A DNA stretch of 64,000 nucleotides from Candidatus Altimarinota bacterium (lineage in GTDB: Bacteria; Patescibacteriota; Gracilibacteria; BD1-5; UBA2023), in the NCBI GenBank assembly GCA_028277205.1, contig JANQGT010000004.1, forward strand, positions 40,348 through 104,347, read 5' to 3'. Positions 44,033-55,007 of this stretch are shown piece after piece. Numbering within the stretch: position 1 is the stretch's first letter; each line of letters opens with the position of its first letter. The notes under the pieces are model-generated. The model saw only the letters and a list, made by a program, of their open reading frames with translations. It ran no database searches and was not told the DNA's origin. The position numbers and the translations under genes are program-made.

Positions 44033-47000
44033 ATGACATCCTTTCCTCCCGTCGATCCGAAGCAATCATTTTGGCAGCTGCAGCAGGAAATCCTCGAATA
44101 CTGGAAACAACACGACACCTTTCGTCGGTCGATAGAAACCCGGTCTGCCGACAATGCATACCGGTTTTACGACGGTCCGCCGTTTATCACGGGGACACCA
44201 CACTACGGGAGCCTGCTGTCCAGTATCGTCAAAGACGTCGTCGGGCGCTACTGGACGATGCGCGGCAAGCGCGTGGAGCGCGTGTGGGGCTGGGACTGTC
44301 ACGGCGTCCCCATCGAGCAAAAAGTGCAAAAATCCCTCGGCATCGAGACGAGTCGCGAGATCGAGGATCGGGTGGGTATCGAGCGATTTATCGAGGAGTG
44401 CTACCGCTACACCCGCGACACCTCCGCCGAGTGGAGCTGGTATATAGACAATATCGGACGATGGGTCGATCTCGCGGGAGCGTACCGCACGATGGATCAG
44501 GACTATATGGAGTCGGTGCTCTGGGTATTTCGGACGCTGTGGGAGCGCGGACATATCTACGAGGGAAAGCGCGTCTCGCTCTACTCTACGGCGCTCTCGA
44601 CGCCCATTTCAAATTTTGAGGTGGCGATGGACAACTCGTACGCCGAGGCAAATGATCCGGCGATTACAGTCGCATTCGATCTGTCGGTCAACTGACCAGA
44701 GTGGGAAAATACCTACGCGCTCGCCTGGACGACGACACCGTGGACGATCCCGGCAAATATGGCACTTGCGATCAATAAGAATGTCGAATATGTCGAGGTG
44801 GCACTACATGATGAAAAATATGCTCGAAACAATCGGGAAGCGTGGTTCATCGTCGCAAAAAACCGGGTCGATATAGTGTTTCATGGGAGAGAATACACAG
44901 TGAAAGAAGGAATCGCATCCGAAAAGCTCATCTGACTGCTTTACACGCCTCCCTTTGATTTTTACGCTGGAAAAACCGGGAATGAAAACGACCACCGCAT
45001 CTATCACGGTGATTTCATCACGGACACGGACGGGACGGGGATCGGGCACGAGGCGCCGGAGTTTGGTGACTATGATTTCGAGCAGATCGCGAAACCCTAC
45101 GGCGTGACAGTCTCGAATGCGCTGGATACAGAGGGGAAATACACGGCGGAAATACCGGACTTTCAGGGGATATTTTATCGGGATGCAAATGATACGATCA
45201 TGCAGCGACTCGCCGAGAAATGACAGCTTTTCAAAAAAGAGAGCATCACGCACCGTGTCGCGTTTTGTCCGCGATCCGGCACACCACTGATCTATAAAGC
45301 GCAAAATTCCTGGTTTGTGGATATCCAGTCGTCAAAACAAAAACTCCTGTCGGAAAACGAAAATATCGACTGGTTTCCCGCACATTTCAAGCACGGAAGA
45401 TTTCAAAAAAGCGTGGAGGCGGCGCCCGACTGGTGCGTCTCTCGTACGCGATACTGGGGAACGCCAATGCCGGTATGGCGCTCGGCGGACGGCTCGGAGA
45501 CGATCGTCGTCGGATCGCGCGACGAGATCATGCAGCTCACGCGGGACGAGGGCATCATCACCAAGATTATCTTCGTGCGACACGGGAGAACCGACTACAA
45601 TGAAAAGAAGTGCTATGACGGCGAGGGAAAGGCGAGACTGACAGATGCAGGACAAAGACAGGCGGAGGAATTTGCAAACGCATTTCGCGATACGGACATC
45701 GACGCAATATATTCATCACCGCTGCAGCGGTGTGTGGATACCGTGACACCGCTTGCAAATGTGAAAAATATGAGCATTCAGACGGATGAGCGCCTGAGCG
45801 AGATGAGCATTCCAGACATACAGGATACCCCGGTAAACTATCGGGATCGACGCTGGAAATACAATCCCCACGAGGGCGGAGAGACCCCCGCAGAAATTTC
45901 CGAGCGATCGATGAAATTTCTACGAGAAGCAATCGCAAGACATCGCGGGCAGACGATCGTGATCTGTACCCATTCAGAGCCGTCCGTGACTATGCGTCTC
46001 GCCATACACCAGGCGGACTACGATACGCGAAAGCCTGAATTTTCACTCACAAACAACCCGAAAAAATCCGGAAAAATGTACGCCGTCGACTATATCTTTT
46101 CCGACGACTGCACGCTCTTTGATCTGCATCGTCCGTATATCGACCGCGTGAAAATCAAAAGTCCGAAAACCGGAAACACTCTCACACGCATCCCCGAGGT
46201 ACTGGATGTCTGGATGGACTCCGGATCGATGCCGTACGCGCAGCTTCATTATCCGTTTGAAAACGAGCAAAAGATGGAGGCGAGCTTTCCCGCCGATTTC
46301 ATCGCGGAGTACGTGGGACAGGTGCGCGCGTGGTTTTATCTCATGCATGTGGTGAGCACGCTTTTGTTTGATTCGCCTGCATTTTTGCATGTCATCGTCA
46401 CCGGCGTCATCTATGGAAACGACGGTCGGAAAATGAGCAAGAGCTTTCAAAACTATCCCGATCCCCGAGCCACGATCGAAAAATACGGCGCCGATCCCAT
46501 CCGGTTTTACACGCTTTCGAGTCCGCTTCTTTCAGGGGGCGATATCAATTTTTCGGAGGACGGCATCATCGACGCGACGAAGCGCATCATCCTCCCTCTC
46601 TGGAATGCGTACTCGTTTTTCACCACCTATGCGAATATCGACGGGTGGACGTCAGAGAGAGGAGAGACGATATTCGTACGGCACGGAGAGACGCATGAAA
46701 ATGCCGAAAAGAAGCTCAACGGAGGAGCCGACGACAGTCCGCTCAACGAGACGGGACAAACGCAGGCAACAGAGGCGGGAAAGCGACTGGCACTCGAGGG
46801 AAAAGCGTTTGATCTCATCATCACCTCACCGAAAATACGCGCACGAAAAACCGCCGAGAGCATCGCGCAGGAGACCGGGTATACCGGAGAGATTCTTGTC
46901 GAGTCGGGATTTATCGAGCAGGACTATGGTCGATACCACGGCATGACACACGAACAAATCAAGGCAGAGTACCAGCAAACACACTGACACCTCGACCACT

Positions 47001-48298
47001 GGACGAGCGCATATCGGGAAAATGAAACGGAGCCGTTTGATGATTTCGTCGATCGAGTCGTATCCGCATACGAGCGCATCCAGTCCCAGCACCCTGAGAA
47101 AAATATCCTGATCGTCGCCCACGGTGGGACGCTGCGCGCGCTGCGGTATCGATTTTACGGACTCTCCAGAGAGGAGGGAGTCTACGGACAGTACGGCTAT
47201 GCAAACTGCGAGATCATGCCGCTGCCGCGACGAGCACTCGGAAATATCCTGGACACATGGCTCATCACAAAATCTCAGCGGATGATCCGGACGGTCAATG
47301 AGGCATTTGAATCGTACAATATCCCCGTCGCCGCCAGGGCGATTTCCACATTTCTCGATGAGCTGACAAACTGGTATATTCGTCGATCACGCCGGCGATT
47401 TTGGCGATCGGAAAACGACACGGACAAACAGGAGGCATACGAGACGCTCTACTCGACACTCGTCGATCTCGTACGCGTCATGGCGCCGCTCACTCCATTT
47501 ACGAGTGAATATATCTATCGCGCGCTCACGGGACGCGAATCCGTCCACCTCGATCTCATACCGCAGCACAATAACGCACGAATCCTCACCGGGATCGAGT
47601 CCGCCATGGACACGACACGATCGGTCGTCGCTCTCGGTCTCGCCCTGCGCGCCCGCAAAAAAATCCGCGTCCGCCAACCTCTGCGATCCATCACGATCGC
47701 CGTCGATCTGGATGCGTACTATCTGGATATCATCCGCGAAGAGCTCAATGTCAAGGAAGTAAAGTTCGCTCGCGCCGAGACCATAGCCCAGCGCATCGGA
47801 AAGCCGAATGCCCGTCTGCTCGGCGCAAAGCTCGGCTCTGCAGTGCAGGAGGTGATTCGCCTCGCAAAAGCGGGACAATTTACCGAAAACGCCGACGGCA
47901 CGATCGCGGTCGGAGAGTACGCGCTTGCACAGGATGAGTTTGAAATCGTCTACGAACCCCTGGATGATAATGACAATGTAGAGTGAGACGGGACGACCGT
48001 CATCGCCATGGATCTGGATATCGACGAGGCGCTGGCGCGGGAGGGTGCGGCGCGCGATCTGGTACGAGCGGTGCAGGATCTGCGAAAAGAAGCGGGGTAC
48101 GAGGTGTCGGATCGGATAGCGCTTGCGATCACAGACAAAGACGGACATGGCGATATCGGGACACTCGTAGCCGAGCATAAAGACTATATCGAGACGGAGA
48201 CGCTGTCGGAGATAGTGGAGCGTATGAGCAGCCCCGATAAACAAGCACCCATCGTCATAGACGCGATAGAGTACACCCTCACCGTCGCGAAACGATAG
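44033..48298 (+). CDS. ileS: Isoleucyl-tRNA synthetase (type 2) with two inserted histidine-phosphatase-like domains (1421 aa)
   Basis: One frame runs 44033..48298 with 5 TGA; I translated the 44696..45316 gap explicitly. IleRS motifs: TGTPHYGS (HIGH), [76 protein letters not shown]. The two inserts carry [10 protein letters not shown]...CTHSEP and [10 protein letters not shown]...[11 protein letters not shown]. Confidence 0.9.
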
Positions 48299-48314
48299 GA
48301 AGCGTGAAAATCAT

Positions 48315-48342
48315 TTGACCTCGTCTGTTTTTTTCATACAAT
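48315..48342 (+). promoter_or_regulatory. Candidate promoter of rpmH-rnpA-yidC
   Basis: TTGACC-16 nt-TACAAT, 38 nt upstream of the rpmH ATG. Confidence 0.5.
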
Positions 48343-48380
48343 TTCTCGCGTTTCACGCATATTTTTTGATACGAAATGTC

Positions 48381-48623
48381 ATGCTCTCGCCATTCAAGAA
48401 ACGAAAGCGCCTGCGGACACACGGCTTTCTCTCGCGATCGACGACACCCGGAGGACGAAAGGTCCTGAAATCCCGCCGGCAAAAGTGACGGCACGAGCTC
48501 GTGGTCTCCTACCCAAAGCGCTACCAGACCGTCAAGGGAAAATCAAAACTGCACATCGTCGCAGGTGGGACGGCACGCGTCGTGATGTCAGCGGGATCAA
48601 ACGAGCGATTTCGACCGGAATAA
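48381..48623 (+). CDS. rpmH: 50S ribosomal protein L34 with a C-terminal extension of about 35 aa
   Basis: MLSPFKKRKRLRTHGFLSRSTTPGGRKVLKSRRQK(TGA)RHELVVS... The TGA sits at the conserved KGR glycine. The first TAA or TAG in frame is 48621..48623. Confidence 0.8.
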
Positions 48624-48651
48624 TGCTCGTGCTTTCCATTTTGCAGCACGC

Positions 48652-48999
48652 ATGATCGCGAAACGATACCGGCTCCGAGAGCGCGAAATCAAAAAGGTTT
48701 TACGCAGTGGAAAGCCTTTTTTTTCATCTGTCCTCAGAGCGGACGTCCGCCCAAATCGCCTGCATCACGCCCGATTTGCCCTCATCCTGTCGGCAAAACA
48801 CGTCGCCTGAAGCGTCCAGAGAAATTTTTTTCGGCGGCGGTTTTACGCTGCGATGGCGAGTGTCCGGGACGCCCGATGACTCGACATCGTGGTACGCGCC
48901 AAAAAATGAGTGAAGCTCGATCGGCGATCCGCCGTGTCCCGCGAGCAATTCGATGCCAGCATAGCTACGCTTCTTTCCGCCATTTTCTCGGCATTCTAA
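48652..48999 (+). CDS. rnpA: Ribonuclease P protein component
   Basis: MIAKRYRLREREIKKVL...AGSVQRNFFRRRF (RNR motif). Three TGA are read through. It sits in the canonical rpmH-rnpA-yidC order. Confidence 0.8.
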
Positions 49000-49020
49000 T
49001 CCATCAGCCGCATCATCCGA

Positions 49021-50280
49021 ATGGGAAATCAAAAACTCCTCAATATCCTGCTCGTCGCGTTGGTCGCATTACTGCTCGCAAATTTGTTTTTTGCGCCGGA
49101 CGCCCGGGAGACGGATATCCCTGCAAACGCTCTCACTCTGGACGCAAGCTCGCGCGAGTACACCATCCCCGAGCTGCCGACGGTGAATATCACCAATACG
49201 ACAGGCGAATCCGTCGCCATAGACGTCTGCGACGATCTCGCTATCGAGCTCGACGGGCGCACGCTCTCGGAGCTTCCGGAGGATTTTTGTATCGAGCTTG
49301 CCATCACTGCAGAGAGTCAAGCAACGATCCCATTCGAGCCGCTTGCTCCGCTGTTCGAGCGTGAGGGGGTCTTTACTCTAAAGCTCGAGACCGGCGACCA
49401 GTTTTCGGCGGCGACGTTTTCTACCGAGCCGGCAGGATCGATTCATGCGTTTTTTCGCACCATCCTCTATGCCCCGATTTACAATGCGTTTGTATTTCTC
49501 ATCGATCTGTTTCCAAATCATTCACTCGGTCTCGCCATCATCGCCGTGACGATCGTCATCCGCATCGTCCTGCTCGTACCGCAGCATCAGATGCTCGTAA
49601 ATGCTCGACGGATGCAGACCGTCCAGCCGAAAATCCAGGAGCTTCGGGAGCGCTACGCCGATGATCAGGCAAAACTCGGCATGGAGCTCATAGAGCTCTA
49701 TAAGCGCGAGAAGATCAATCCCGTCGGATCGTGCCTGCCGCTCATCATCCAGATGCCCATACTCATCATCCTCTACTCGGTCATCCTGCACATAGACTCA
49801 CCGACGAATGCGTATTTTCTCTATCCGACGCTCTCGGATTTTGATACGACCTCCATCAATACCGAATTTCTGGGGCTCGATCTCGCGGGTATCGGCGGGA
49901 CGGGCGCTATCGTACTGGGGCTCTTGGTCGGCGTGCTGCAGTGGCTGCAGATATACTTTTCTCTGCCGAGCACTCCCGCATCCGAAGAACAGCAGAAAGC
50001 CAAAGAAAAAGACAATGACGCATCATCAAACGACAGCGCGTCCATGATGCCCGATCCCGCACTCATGAGCCGCGCGATGCTCTGGGGACTGCCGCCGGTC
50101 ATCGCCGTCTCCGTCTCGTTTTTCCCGCTGGGAGTGGGTGTGTACTGGCTGGTCAATACGATTTTCATGATCATGCAGCAGCTCGTGGTCAATCTGCGCG
50201 ACCGCGCAAAGCCGCTCCCTGCCGGAGTGGAAATCGTAGAAACACAGTGAAAAAACAAGAAGCGAAAAGTGAAAGCATAG
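49021..50280 (+). CDS. yidC: Membrane protein insertase YidC
   Basis: LAIIAVTIVIRIVLLVPQHQM...MQTVQPKIQELRERY...EKINPVGSCLPLIIQMPILI. It ends ...ETQ-TGA-KNKKRKVKA-TAG. Confidence 0.9.
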
Positions 50281-50303
50281 CACCCTTCACAGAAAGTATC
50301 CGA

Positions 50304-50336
50304 AATCCTCTTTACTCTTCGCAAAGAGGATTTTTT
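50304..50336 (+). terminator. Rho-independent terminator after yidC
   Basis: AATCCTCTTT-9 nt-AAAGAGGATT forms a 10-bp stem running into T6. Confidence 0.7.
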
Positions 50337-50489
50337 GCAAGCAGCAGGCGTCGAGTTTCAGCTATGCTCTCTTTCGTACGGATGTATTGTCCCGATAGAC
50401 GGAAAATCACGCTATTTGCTCTATGCGGTCTTGTTATTTTTCACTGAGTATCTACAATGCTCTCAAAAGTACTAACGATCCAAAATTTC

Positions 50490-51356
50490 ATGAAAGCACA
50501 TCTGATCGCTCTCGTCATCATCACCAAGCTGTTTCTTGTTGCGTGTGCCGTCGACAGTGAGATACACGATGATCTCGCAGACAGCCCGACGAATGCACGG
50601 GAAAATACCACGATAGAAGACTGATCCTACGAAAAAACCGGTATTTCCTCTATCGAAAATGTCGCAGACTGCGATGCGAGTCAGTACGATTTGGACTGCG
50701 ACATGACAAAATTTTTAGAGGAAACCGTGGCATGGACGACTCGATCAAACGCGAGAAATTTTTGTGCGTATGATATCCTCGACACTCAGGACAGTGCTGT
50801 ATATTTACAGGTTTTTTGCGAAGAGTTTTATCCTCAAGACGAAAAAATTCTCTGTCCCGATGAGGCGTCTCGAAAGCACTGTTTTATGAGTAAAGACGAC
50901 AATAAAGAGGCATGCCGACAGCAATGCGACATTCAAAAAGTCAGCCCCTATCTCACAACGGGAAGTGCGATATCCGTCCCGGTGAAAATCACTCGGGAAA
51001 ATGGAAATTTTAGTATCTGGATGCCACGGGACGGCAGTGGCTATACAAAAGATCTCAAAGAGCATTTTAGCCCGGAAGCTCATGAAAAACTACGAAGTAT
51101 CAGTGGGATACCTCAAAGACACATCTACATCGAACGGGCGGAAAAACATTTTGGCGTTGGCGTTCCCTTTGATATCGCCGAAGAAATGGGACAGTCCTGC
51201 AGCACTCACGATGAATGCGCAATACTGCCGATGAATTACGCTACTCGCTCCAGCTGCCCCTACGAAGTGCAGTGTCGGGCAAATCAATGCGTAATCGGCT
51301 GCTACGATTTTACCGACTACACGGACTTTCCCGAGATCAAAAACACTTTCGAATAG
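50490..51356 (+). CDS. Cysteine-rich putative lipoprotein (288 aa)
   Basis: [19 protein letters not shown] has a lipobox. It joins ORF 50691..51356 in frame across one TGA. The mature part contains many Cys. Confidence 0.6.
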
Positions 51357-51474
51357 ACTGAAAATTTTCTCTGGTGTGAAAGGGATTTGAACGCTCTGTC
51401 GGCACATTCGCCCCTGCATCCGCATGCGCTCGACCGGTCGGATGCACGCTCTCTGCGCACGATGCCTCCCTGAG

Positions 51475-51496
51475 AAAAAACTGCCCGAAAGGGCAG
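51475..51496 (-). terminator. Rho-independent terminator after tRNA-Leu
   Basis: Minus strand: CTGCCC-TTTC-GGGCAG followed by T6, 15 nt after the tRNA 3' end. Confidence 0.7.
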
Positions 51497-51510
51497 TCGT
51501 CGTATCCGTC

Positions 51511-51595
51511 TGGTGCGGAGGGGGGGACTTGAACCCCCACGGATTGCTCCACACGCCCCTCAAGCGTGCGTGTCTACCAATTCCACCACCACCGC
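51511..51595 (-). tRNA. tRNA-Leu (anticodon GAG), class II with long variable arm, CCA encoded
   Basis: GCGGTGG TG GTGG AATTGGTAGA CAC G CACGC TTGAGGG GCGTG TGGAGCAATCCGT GGGGG TTCAAGT CCCCC CCTCCGC A CCA. There is one U-U mismatch in the acceptor stem. Confidence 0.85.
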
Positions 51596-51854
51596 AAAAA
51601 TTTTCGGGTGGGAAAATTATAGGGGTTTTTTTGATTTTTCAAATGTTTTTCGCGGGAGATAGTCGTATAGTCTCCCATCAGTATCAAAGCCCTGGAAATA
51701 CGCGCGAGTGTCCGCAATCCGGACTCGGGTAGAGTGAAGAAGGTTTTATACACAAGTGACGCATGCCTATCACGCAGTTTGCACAGGCATGCATGGCAAC
51801 ATGTGCAAAAAATCCCGAAAACAAACCGGGCACACCGAGGTGACTATATAAACA

Positions 51855-52745
51855 TTACTCCTCCAAAAGTCCCTCCACGATTTTCTCATTGCGCTTCCAT
51901 TTCGGCAGGTGCTTCACCCGCAGCGCCAAAAATATCGGTCGGTCGAAAATAGCCTCCAGATCCAGGCGCGCGGCAGTGCCGACCTCGGTGAGAAACGCTG
52001 CCTTTTTTCCGATGATGATCGCTTTTTGCGATTCGCGCTCCACGTAGATATAGGCGAGGATTCGCAGTCGACCGGTTTCATCTTCGTCGATCTCCACCGT
52101 CTCGACGTAGATGCTGTACGGCAGCTCTTCTTCCAGACGGGCAAAGAGCTTTTCGCGCACGATCTCGGACACGCGCGTGTACATGTCCTGATCGGTGTAG
52201 ACATCCTCTTCGTAGAGAAATGGGGCGCGCTCCAGGTGGGGGCGCAGCGCCTCGATGACCCGGTCAAAACCGGTCTTTTCAATACTCGAAACCGGTATGG
52301 CATCGGGAAAGTCTCACATATCGACTCGAGACGGCAGATCCGTTTTTGAAAAAATCCGGACTACGGGCGTCGAAACCCGGGACAGGACAGTGCGAATATT
52401 TTGCTCCTCCGCGCCGACCGGTCTGGAGCTGTCGATGAAATGCAGGATGGCATGCGATCGCGAGAGCGATTTGAGGGCGTGCCGGTTTACTGCGGCGTTC
52501 CACCGGTCTCATCCCTCGTGTATCCCGGCAGTATCCAAAAAGATGATCTGCATATCCCGGGTCGTGTAGATACCGCGCGTCGTCTTTTGGGTCGTTTGCG
52601 GCTTGTCGGAGACGATGGACGCCTTTTCGCCGAGCAGTGTATTCAAAAATGTCGACTTGCCGGCATTCGGACGCCCTACGAGCGCGACGAATCCTACGAG
52701 GCGTTCGCGATGCGTATCATGAGCATTATTTTCGAGTATTCACAT
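51855..52745 (-). CDS. era: GTPase Era
   Basis: [25 protein letters not shown]. The C-terminal KH domain is ORF 51855..52184. Three TGA are read through, including codon 2. Confidence 0.85.
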
Positions 52746-52750
52746 GGTGT

Positions 52751-53017
52751 CTATTTTCATGATCATACCACTCGACGCGCCGCATGCACCCGCTCCGCAA
52801 GAAGCTCGCTCGCACGAATGGGCGAGACTCGGGAGGCGATCGTATCGTCAAATACGACATTCGGACCCTCTCTGCACTGATTGCGACACAGACACTCGCC
52901 GATATCCATTTCCATATCGGGAAAAAACTTTTTTCGATCGTTTTCGAGTCGGCGGATGATATAGGCAGAAAATCGCTCTCGACACGCCTTTCCCGTGCAT
53001 ACGGAGATCCGGATCAT
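52751..53017 (-). CDS. Thioredoxin-like [2Fe-2S] ferredoxin-domain protein
   Basis: MIRISVCTGKAC...IGECLCRNQCREGPNVVF shows the C-x4-C ... C-x3-C pattern. Confidence 0.55.
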
Positions 53018-53027
53018 GCTCTTTGGA

Positions 53028-54353
53028 TTATGAGGCAAACTCGCCGACGTGCTCTGTATGCTCGTATACGAAGTGCTCAGCGCGAATCTCGCGCACCGCA
53101 CCCTTATTGACAGTGGCGGCGGTCAGTCGTATCTCGTGCGCCGTCCCGGAGATCGTCACAGTCTCTCCCTCCTGCGGAAATCGCGCAAGCTCCGACAGCA
53201 GCACATAGCTCACCGGCTCCCCGCGAAACAGCTCATCGAGCGCGATATCCGAGCTGTCGAGTTTGAATTCATCGAGTACGTCGTCTATCGACACGCCCCC
53301 CTGGACGATGATCGATCCGTCCGACTGCAGAGCGATTTCCTGCGCCTCTTTATCCGTCTCGTCCTGGATATCGCCGAATACCTCCTCGATGACATCCTCG
53401 AGCGTGACGATGCCCGCCACGCCGCCGTGCGCATCCATGAGGAGCGCGATGTGTTTTCGTGATTTTTGAAAGGTCTCGAATATCGTATCAAGCGGCTGAG
53501 TGATGGGTGCTTTGATGATTTTTTCGAGCCTCAGATCGCGCAGGCGCATATGTCCGCGTCATTGCGCTTTATGAAAAAAGGCACTTCGCAGCGTGATAAC
53601 GAAATCGACGTCATCATGCGAACGATCATAGACGGGCAGACGAGAGTGCGAGAGCGAGAGAAATCGATCACAGACTTCGTCGATCGTCGAGTCGATGTGT
53701 ACGAAATTGACCCGCACGCGCGGTGTCATGATCGCTTCGGCTTCGGTTTCACCCAGATCAAGCAAATTTTTGAGCTGACGATGCTCGTCGTCCTCCACCG
53801 CACCGTGTTTGTGGGACAGATCGATAAACGCCTCGAGCTCCTCGCTCGTCATCATCGTCCCGAGTCGATGCGTTCCAAAGAGCCAGCTTACCCCCTTTAG
53901 GAGTCACTCCAGGATGACACTGACCGGAAACAGTACCACCATCAGCACGGCATATACGGGCGCCACTGCGAGCGATATGGTGTCGCTGTATTTCGATGCG
54001 AGGGATTTCGGGGTAATCTCTCCAAACATGAGGATGAGAAACGTCACGATCCCCGTGGCGATCGCGATGCCGTACTCGCCCGGGAGGGCGAGCGACTCCG
54101 CGAGTGCGAGCGCGCTCACCGTCGCAAGCGCCGACGCCGCGACATTGACGAGATTATTTCCGATGAGGATCGTGATGAGCAGACGATCGGGATTGGCACG
54201 CAGCCGCGAAAGCAGCCGTCCGCGCCATCCTCCGGTCTTCGCAAGCGACTGTACTTTGTGCGCGGAGAGCGTCATGAGCGCGAGCTCCGTCCCCGAGAAA
54301 AACGCCGAGAGTACGAGCAGTCCGAGAAAAATCGAAAGAGAAACAGGATCCAT
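53028..54353 (-). CDS. CNNM/HlyC-CorC family transporter (DUF21 + CBS pair + CorC_HlyC)
   Basis: Three same-frame ORFs (53904..54354, 53559..53855, 53028..53549). FFSGTELAL, GEITPKS, MTPRVRV, GIVTLEDVIEEVFGDIQDE. Confidence 0.85.
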
Positions 54354-54598
54354 GCTACAGGTGAAATGTCCGCATTATATGAATATGCGCAAAAAAAGAA
54401 AGTGGCTGCAGTCGGACGTCCCCATATAGCATAGCGATGGACGTACAGCGAACGACGGAACATGTGAACGAGTCAAGACAATTCGTATCATGCCTATCGA
54501 TCCGCACAATCACGAATACGGCGACATCGCAGCGAAAACGGTATATCATCCCGTATACGCTAAAAACAAGTATCGTGAAGTATGCCGGATGCACACCT

Positions 54599-54626
54599 TT
54601 GACTCCCGAACGATTTTTTATACAAT
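54599..54626 (+). promoter_or_regulatory. Candidate promoter of tRNA-Gly(UCA)
   Basis: TTGACT-16 nt-TACAAT. The -10 box ends 11 nt before tRNA position 1. Confidence 0.5.
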
Positions 54627-54637
54627 GCATCGCACCT

Positions 54638-54716
54638 GCGGGGGTAACTTAAATGAGCGAGAGTGCTGAGGCTTCAACCCTCGGATGTGCGGGTTCAAAC
54701 CCCGTCCCCCGCTCCA
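54638..54716 (+). tRNA. tRNA-Gly with anticodon UCA (UGA decoder)
   Basis: GCGGGGG TA ACTT..GAGT G CTGAGG CTTCAAC CCTCGG ATGT GCGGG TTCAAAC CCCGT CCCCCGC T CCA. The anticodon TCA lies at 54674..54676. G1:C72, C2:G71, G3:C70 and U73 are the bacterial glycine identity set. Confidence 0.85.
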
Positions 54717-54893
54717 CTGCCGGCGCGCGCGCCAAAACAAACGATGGCGAAAGTCGCAACGCACCCTGAAAAATACACGATCGACTGCAGAGTCCCGAGT
54801 ACAAAAATCTGCTTTGATTTTTGAAAAAAATCTCTATACTCGTTGCACTCGATTTATTTTCTGTTTAGATACTTCGGGTAGGCTTTGTCGAAC

Positions 54894-54971
54894 GGCGGAT
54901 GTAGTTCAGTCGGTTAGAACACCAGACTGTGAATCTGGATGTCGTGGGTTCGAATCCCATCATTCGCCCCA
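54894..54971 (+). tRNA. tRNA-His (anticodon GUG) with encoded G-1
   Basis: G GCGGATG TA GTTC AGTCGGTTA GAAC A CCAGA CTGTGAA TCTGG ATGTC GTGGG TTCGAAT CCCAT CATTCGC C CCA. Confidence 0.9.
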
Positions 54972-55007
54972 TTTTCCCATACGCTTTATTTCCTAACCCT
55001 ACGCGAT

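Noticed and set aside
45554-47224. The two IleRS insertions as inteins or as nested independent genes.
   Set aside because: There is no Cys/Ser/Thr at the N-terminal junctions, no terminal His-Asn followed by Cys/Ser/Thr, and no homing-endonuclease or HINT block motifs. There are no stop or start signals at the boundaries. The inserts carry RHG histidine-phosphatase signatures and are in frame at both ends.
51363-51473. A possible second tRNA, or a tRNA 3'-half (att-site relic), next to tRNA-Leu. The minus strand reads ...GCGTTCAAATCCCTTTCACACCA.
   Set aside because: A T-loop-like GTTCAAATC and a CCA-like end are present. However, the T-stem cannot pair (GAGCG versus CCCTT), no cloverleaf can be drawn, and the sequence does not match the 3' end of the adjacent tRNA-Leu. 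It also forms a 7-bp hairpin (GCATCCG...CGGATGC) of unknown meaning. I left it unannotated.
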